Positions 56,947 through 64,000 of a stretch of 64,000 nucleotides of DNA are shown piece by piece; positions within the stretch are counted from its first letter, which is position 1; every line of letters starts with the position of its first letter. Under the pieces are notes generated by a model. It was not told the DNA's origin and ran no database searches. It was given only the letters and a program-made list of their open reading frames with translations. The position numbers and the translations under genes were made by a program. Source of the DNA: Eledone cirrhosa (taxonomy: Eukaryota); assembly GCA_964016885.1 (NCBI GenBank), contig OZ024752.1:41106001-41170000 (forward strand), in the 5' to 3' direction.

Positions 56947-57591
56947 GTGAGTAAGTTCGACTGGCCGGTCAGCAGAAGAGGACGAATCTATTTCGTTAGC
57001 CATTTCCATTTCAACCTTAACAACAACAGCAACAAAAAAATAAGAAAAAATATATACACAAAAAGGCGAATTAATTCCTTGTCTTGTATATGGCTCTCGC
57101 ACCGATAAAGATACTATCAACCATGGATGTTTAACGAACGAGTTCATACTTACTGCAACAGTGTTTGACACAGTTCTGGAATTTTGGCTCTCTAAAAAAG
57201 AAAATACAAATATATATTAATGATATATTAATAAACATATTATCTTGTATCTGAGCACATACTATATAAAAATATAGAGAACTGTTCAAATAAATCACAA
57301 CAAAATCACCGAAGATTTAAAATATTGAGAAATTATTGAAAAACAGTAATGCATACGGAATACTGATACAATTATGCAACGCTTTTTAATCATCACCATT
57401 TTCTACGGATATTAATGTCCATCTTATTCAGAAGATATCAAACCTTATGACAGAAGCTATATTGATAATGTTAAATGAAAATATACAATTGTAAATAATT
57501 AAGGAACATCTGTTGCTTGTCTTATTAAATTTACGAATTTTTATTCTAAACATCTTTTCAAAACTTTCGTTGTAACACAAAAAATATCAAA

Positions 57592-59433
57592 ATGGCGGCG
57601 GTGTTGCCTCAAATACGTGACAAAATCTTTGAACTGATGGACAAAAGTGGTAACTATATACATGAACCGTCACATCAGCGCCGCTTAGTGCTAATTATTG
57701 TCTGTGTTGCATTATTGCTGGACAACATGCTTTATATGGTCATTGTTCCAATTATACCAAACTATCTTCGAAATACATTTTCTCACGAAGCCATGACAAC
57801 GACGACCCGGGCACCTATTAAATACAATCGCATTTATCGTAATGTAACTGGGGGGCCTACTAACACCACTTCGTGGTATACTGTTGTTGGTGAATCGACA
57901 ACAGCTATACCACCACCTCCCATCGATTATGGCAGTGAAGGGGGAGCGATAGGATTCCTATTTGCTTCTAAGGCCATCCTCCAATTAATGGTTAACCCCT
58001 TTACAGGGGCTTTGATTGACCGAATAGGATACGATATGCCAATGATGATAGGGTTGATTGTGATATTTCTATCAACCGCTGTATTTGCATTTGGAGAAAG
58101 CTATGGCGTACTTTTTATGGCTAGGAGTCTACAGGGTTTGGGTTCGGCTTTTGCCGATACATCAGGTCTGGCTATGATAGCCGATCGATACACAGAAGAA
58201 TCAGAACGTAGTAGAGCTCTTGGAATTGCATTAGCTTTTATATCATTTGGTTGTTTAGTGGCGCCACCCTTCGGTGGTATCCTTTATGAATTCGCTGGAA
58301 AAGTCGTCCCGTTCTTATTTTTAGCAACCATGTCGTTAATCGATGGGTTTCTTTTACTACTTGTAATGAAACCAGTGAGAGTACAGAGGTCTAAAATTCC
58401 AGAGGATCAAAGAGTAAAAGGGACTCCTATTTACAAACTGCTTATGGATCCCTACATTGCCAATTGTGCCGGGGCTTTAGCAATGGCTAATGTTTCCTTG
58501 GCTTTTCTTGAGCCTACCATATCACTCTGGATGAAGGACACGATGGATGCTAGTGAATGGGAAATGGGCTTCATTTGGTTGCCTGCCTTCTTACCGCATA
58601 TAGCTGGAGTCTATCTAACTGTGAAATTCGCTGAAAAACGTCCAAATAAATTATGGGTTCTGGCTGCTGCAGGACTAGCATTAGAAGGGGTCTCTTGTTT
58701 TTTTATCCCCTTTGCAAAAACATTCACTGCTCTAATGTTTCCAATTGCCGGCATTTGTTTCGGTATAGCTTGCGTAGACACGGCACTATTGCCAACTCTC
58801 GGATATCTGGTCGACACTCGACACGTATCCGTTTACGGTAGCGTCTATGCTATTGCTGACATATCTTATTCTTTGGCTTATGCTATTGGACCAATAGTAG
58901 CAGGTGGTATAGTCCATTCAATTGGTTTCTTAGCGCTCAATATTCTAATTTGTATCAGTAATGTCTTGTATGCTCCAGCCCTATTCTATCTAAATAAAGC
59001 TTATGCTTATAAACCGTTTGAGAATGAAGAAATGAAAACTCCAGTTACAGAAGACCGTAGCTTGTATAATGCAAGTGAAACACAGTCCCAGCAAAACTAT
59101 GCTAGTTATGGAGGCGCCAGCGATAAAATAGAAGCTGATCAAAAGCTAAATCTAGATATGGGTAAAAGTACCCAAGCCTGGGACCCACCCCCAGATCATG
59201 GCTATCATAATAATGAAAGTCGCTACAATGCTAATGTTGCCACTGATCAAAGCAATGCAAGAAGTACATATAACACAGGTGGAAGTAATTATACTCAGAA
59301 CACTGGTACTGGGTACAATCAAACCGGAAGTAGTTACAATACAAGCGGAAACCGTTACGGTGGTGGAAATTATAACAATGAGACTAGTAATAGATATGGA
59401 GAGGATAAATATAATCGATGGGAACAACCTTAA
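57592..59433 (+). CDS. SLC18A3: Vesicular acetylcholine transporter (MFS, SLC18 family), intronless, 613 aa
   Basis: [103 protein letters not shown]; luminal NVT/NTT sequons; AAAATGG start context. Confidence 0.97.
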   Translation: MAAVLPQIRDKIFELMDKSGNYIHEPSHQRRLVLIIVCVALLLDNMLYMVIVPIIPNYLRNTFSHEAMTTTTRAPIKYNRIYRNVTGGPTNTTSWYTVVGESTTAIPPPPIDYGSEGGAIGFLFASKAILQLMVNPFTGALIDRIGYDMPMMIGLIVIFLSTAVFAFGESYGVLFMARSLQGLGSAFADTSGLAMIADRYTEESERSRALGIALAFISFGCLVAPPFGGILYEFAGKVVPFLFLATMSLIDGFLLLLVMKPVRVQRSKIPEDQRVKGTPIYKLLMDPYIANCAGALAMANVSLAFLEPTISLWMKDTMDASEWEMGFIWLPAFLPHIAGVYLTVKFAEKRPNKLWVLAAAGLALEGVSCFFIPFAKTFTALMFPIAGICFGIACVDTALLPTLGYLVDTRHVSVYGSVYAIADISYSLAYAIGPIVAGGIVHSIGFLALNILICISNVLYAPALFYLNKAYAYKPFENEEMKTPVTEDRSLYNASETQSQQNYASYGGASDKIEADQKLNLDMGKSTQAWDPPPDHGYHNNESRYNANVATDQSNARSTYNTGGSNYTQNTGTGYNQTGSSYNTSGNRYGGGNYNNETSNRYGEDKYNRWEQP

Positions 59434-59644
59434 AATAGATGTGTACATATAGAGTCATTTACCTACATATAAATATATACAGAATACATACAGATATATA
59501 CACACACATAAACACACAGACACACACGCATGTTTATATGTACATATATAGTGACATATATATATATATATATAAGGTGACATATATATATATATATATA
59601 AGGTGACATCTATAGATCTATATATATATATATATATGGTGACA

Positions 59645-59681
<37 letters not shown>

Positions 59682-59876
59682 TAATATATATGGCGACATC
59701 TATAGACAATAACAAAAGATTAAAAAATGTATTAGCTAATTTTTTTTATAAGAAAACAAATACTAAGGGAAAACTGAAGTTAACAGGAACACAATATAAA
59801 ACTGACATGAACAAAATAATCAGACAAAGGCAGGTCTTTAGTGCATATGTCATTGGTATAAGACTAATCATACATA

Positions 59877-59882
59877 AATAAA
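59877..59882 (+). promoter_or_regulatory. Possible polyadenylation signal of VAChT
   Basis: AATAAA ~440 bp after the stop; weak evidence in AT-rich DNA. Confidence 0.25.
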
Positions 59883-60465
59883 GTTATATGCATTTAACAA
59901 CAGATCTTCTATAAAAAATTTCTTCGGAAAATCATTATTAAATTTAAACCTGTATCTTAATATAATACATCCATTTTAAAATATGACAGTAAATTTGAAG
60001 CGTTAGAGTTAATTTGTAATGTGGTGATAGGTAGTAACGTGATGGTGGTGGTGGTGGTGACTGTGCTGATTGGTTGCGGTGGTGATTGGTTGTGGTAGTG
60101 ATTGACAACGAGAAGAGAGCGGGAAATAGGGAAGGGTAATAACGATTAAGAAAATATGAATGGTGAATTGGGGATTATGAAAGAAGTGTCTAAGACATGG
60201 CTGATATGGATTTGCTACATATTTTAATCAATGCTCGGGGAAAAGAATCCCAGATGTAACTCCAATTGTTAATATAGTCCCAATCTATGAGTAATTGGGG
60301 GAGTTAGGCTTCGTCCACTGAAAATTAAGAACAGCGATTTGTACGAAGATTACTTGAGTAAATTATGCGGCCATATATATAAAAGTACACTCGCATTTGT
60401 CTTGCGGTCGTTTATTTTAAAAATATTTCCAGTAATATCTATCACATTAGACCATTATTTAATAC

Positions 60466-60812
60466 AGTATCGGTAGAGCGTCAGACACCATGCTTTGCAG
60501 CATAGAGTCACGGCCCTTTACGTTCTGAGTTCAAATCCCGCCGAGGTTAGATTTGCCTTTCATCCCTACTACGGGGGTCGATAAAATAAAGTACCAGTAA
60601 TACACTGGGGTAATTTGCTGGCCTTGTGCCTAAAGTAGAAACATTACGAGCGTCAGACTCCATGCTTTGCAGCATAGAGTTATGGCCCTTTGCGTTCTGA
60701 GTTCAAATCTCGCCGAGGTTAACTTTACCTTTCATCCCTACTACGGAATCGATAAAATAAAAAAGTACCAGTAATGCACTGGGGTTAATTGCTGGCCTTG
60801 TGCCAAAAGTAG
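60466..60812 (+). mobile_element. Two tandem tRNA-derived SINE copies
   Basis: B-box GAGTTCAAATC and Meta-like core, twice. Confidence 0.8.
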
Positions 60813-61132
60813 GAGCAATAATATAAATATGAATATAACAGCCCCAAACACTATCACTAATTTTCTATGATAAACATGGCCGTCACTAACAAAAAGTGTA
60901 ACAACAAGAACAACGACAAACCAAGCCACCATGATTTTAAATTGTTAGTGCTTGGCTTACCTCGACATATCAACATGCTGGTGACTGCGTGTTTAGAAGA
61001 CATAAGAGTGGGCAAATTGATGCAACACGTTTCTTCACTATATGGCTTAGTGGTAATTATACTAACAATATCACAGTGATATATATATATATATATTTTA
61101 TATATATATATATAAATATATATACGTATATG

Positions 61133-61240
<108 letters not shown>

Positions 61241-61267
61241 ATATATATATATATAAATATATATACG

Positions 61268-61383
<116 letters not shown>

Positions 61384-61416
61384 TATTTTATATATATATA
61401 TATAAATATATATACG

Positions 61417-61462
<46 letters not shown>

Positions 61463-61545
61463 TGTGATATTGATATTATAATTATATATATATGTGTATA
61501 TATTTATTTATATTTATATATATATATATATATTTATATTTATTC

Positions 61546-61643
<98 letters not shown>

Positions 61644-61887
61644 ATCACAGTGATACATAAATATATACATGCATATATATATGTTTATAAATGTATACAT
61701 ATATGTATATATATATATATACACACATGCATATATATATATATATAGAAAGAAAAGGTGAAATTGGAAATAGCACGGTAAATATATTTAAGGGTCTGTT
61801 TTCCTTTTTTTTTTCTTTTCTTTGATTCATCAAAGTGGCATTATTGAAAAAGTTTAAAAAAGAGTTTTATAATGTATATAAAGTAAA

Positions 61888-61933
61888 GTATTACCGGTTT
61901 CGATGTATTAGTAAAATTCATCTTATCAAATGT
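61888..61933 (-). ncRNA. Hammerhead-like motif, U3-A8 variant
   Basis: Minus: CAT TTGATAA GATG ...CATC GAAA CCGG TA ATAC; stem I only ~2 bp; module lies between (TA)n tracts. Confidence 0.5.
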
Positions 61934-62047
61934 TGAGTATTACAATTAAAAAGAATTAATAAGGATTAAAAACTAAAAATTCAAGATTTAAAATTAAGTG
62001 TTGAGGCAAGTTTTATTCATCTTCCTTGTTGAGAAGGATACTGGAAT

Positions 62048-62118
<71 letters not shown>

Positions 62119-62159
62119 TGTGGGTGTGTATGCGTGCGTATATGAATGTGTATATGCGA

Positions 62160-62286
<127 letters not shown>

Positions 62287-62290
62287 TGCA

Positions 62291-62414
<124 letters not shown>

Positions 62415-62458
62415 TGTGAGTGTGTATGCGTGCGTATATGAATGTGTATATGCGAGTG

Positions 62459-62496
<38 letters not shown>

Positions 62497-62631
62497 CATA
62501 TATATATATAGACAGATTGAGAGGAGGAGAAGGGATCATATAGTTTGATAGAGAAGGAAAGATAGAGGAGAGAAAGAGATATAAAAACTGACATAGATAA
62601 ATGAAATATATTATATTATATATATTATAAG

Positions 62632-62820
62632 GGCGGTGAATTGGCAGTATCGGTGGAGGGTCGGACGCCATGCTTTCCAGCATAGTTACGTCCCTTTACG
62701 GTCTGAGTTCAAATCCCATCGAGGTTAACTTTTCCTTTCATCCTTACAGAGTCGATTAAATAAAGTACGAGTAATGTACTGGGTAATTGCTGGCCTTGTG
62801 CCAAACGTTGAAACAATTAT
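62632..62820 (+). mobile_element. tRNA-derived SINE
   Basis: A/B boxes and Meta-like core. Confidence 0.85.
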
Positions 62821-63479
62821 ATTATATTATATATATTATATGTATGTCTGCAGATAATAACAAAATTATTCGTATATTTTATATTCTGTAAATATAGCTC
62901 GGTACATGTATTCATGTATTTCACATTCTATAAATATAGTTAGGTGCAGGTACATACAACTTACGTGAATTCGAATAAAATTAGACTGTATTCGATTCCT
63001 AGTGTGCCTTCGCTTCTATGTTAGTTTTATATAACTGCAAATCAGTTATATAAAACGTAAATACATATTTATTGTTCAATCCTGGTTCATCTCATAAAAG
63101 AAATATAATCTAAAAACGAAAACAAAATAAAAATAATGATAACAACAAGAATAATTTCAATCTTATATCCAGTTAAAATTATATTAGTGATAAGTAAAGT
63201 TATTTCACTTTTTCACTTTGAAGAAAACGTGTTGACAATATAGTTTATTATTCCATCGGAGTGTATTACTGGTATGCCTTTATAATGTTAATATAATGGA
63301 TTATTATAGAGTTTGAGACACCAATGTCAATCTAGTACTCATTTGTCACAACAGTCGCTGTGGCTTAAACCCTGTTGAGCTGTTGTTTGAGTTGATCTAA
63401 GATCAAATACGTTTCAACCCTGATCATAGTTTTCAATTCAGATTACATTATTCAACTATATACTGTTACAATATTGAAA

Positions 63480-63545
<66 letters not shown>

Positions 63546-64000
63546 TTAGCACATTAGTATTTAATGTAACTAACTCTACTTAATATAAGTAATATTAATA
63601 CTACGCAGACTGAGTAACTACAGAGGTGGTTCCTCATTGGATGTGTACATATTTAGTGTAAATTGAGTGCTTAAAATAAATGTGGAATCGAATATTGAAT
63701 AACACTCTTAGTCGATAATCAATTCTAATCATGATAAATATATTCTTTGTTTAAATCCCACCGACGCCGACTGCCTTTCATTCTTCTAGGGTCGAAAGAA
63801 TAGGTTCCATTTAAGTCCCGAGGTCGATATTATTGACTGTCATCTCTCTGAAGATTTATGAGTTTCTGTCACGGAAATAAATATTTCTTGATAATTCAAT
63901 ATGTGTAACCTTTGACCGCCTACAAATGGTGAGATTTTAGAAAAGAAAGAGCAAGGATTTCTAGTTTTTACAACATTTAAGCCATATTTAAGAGAACTGG

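Overview
Eukaryotic, AT-rich, microsatellite-saturated genomic DNA. The repeat families and the gene suggest a coleoid cephalopod, probably Octopus (inference). There is one clear host gene, an intronless vesicular acetylcholine transporter (VAChT/SLC18A3, 57592-59433 +). This is therefore probably the cholinergic locus, and candidate upstream exons lie at about 52.0 and 56.9 kb. Most ORF-track entries are microsatellite artefacts. The rest is tRNA-derived SINEs (including a 40-copy array of a SINE head), Mariner, hAT and Helitron-like non-autonomous elements, and RTE, Tx1, R4/Dong and CRE-like LINE fragments. The most striking hidden signal is a set of about 16 type-I hammerhead-ribozyme-like motifs from roughly 10 sequence families. 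They include U3-A8 core variants and copies with compensatory stem changes. They sit in short modules embedded in (TA)n tracts, often as inverted or palindromic insertions with a one-sided tail. The largest is a spacerless 1.82-kb palindrome (41300-43123) encoding a Penelope-like GIY-YIG C-terminus. This points to a diverse (TA)n-associated Penelope-like/ribozyme retroelement system. All RNA structures were read by eye and need computational and experimental confirmation.
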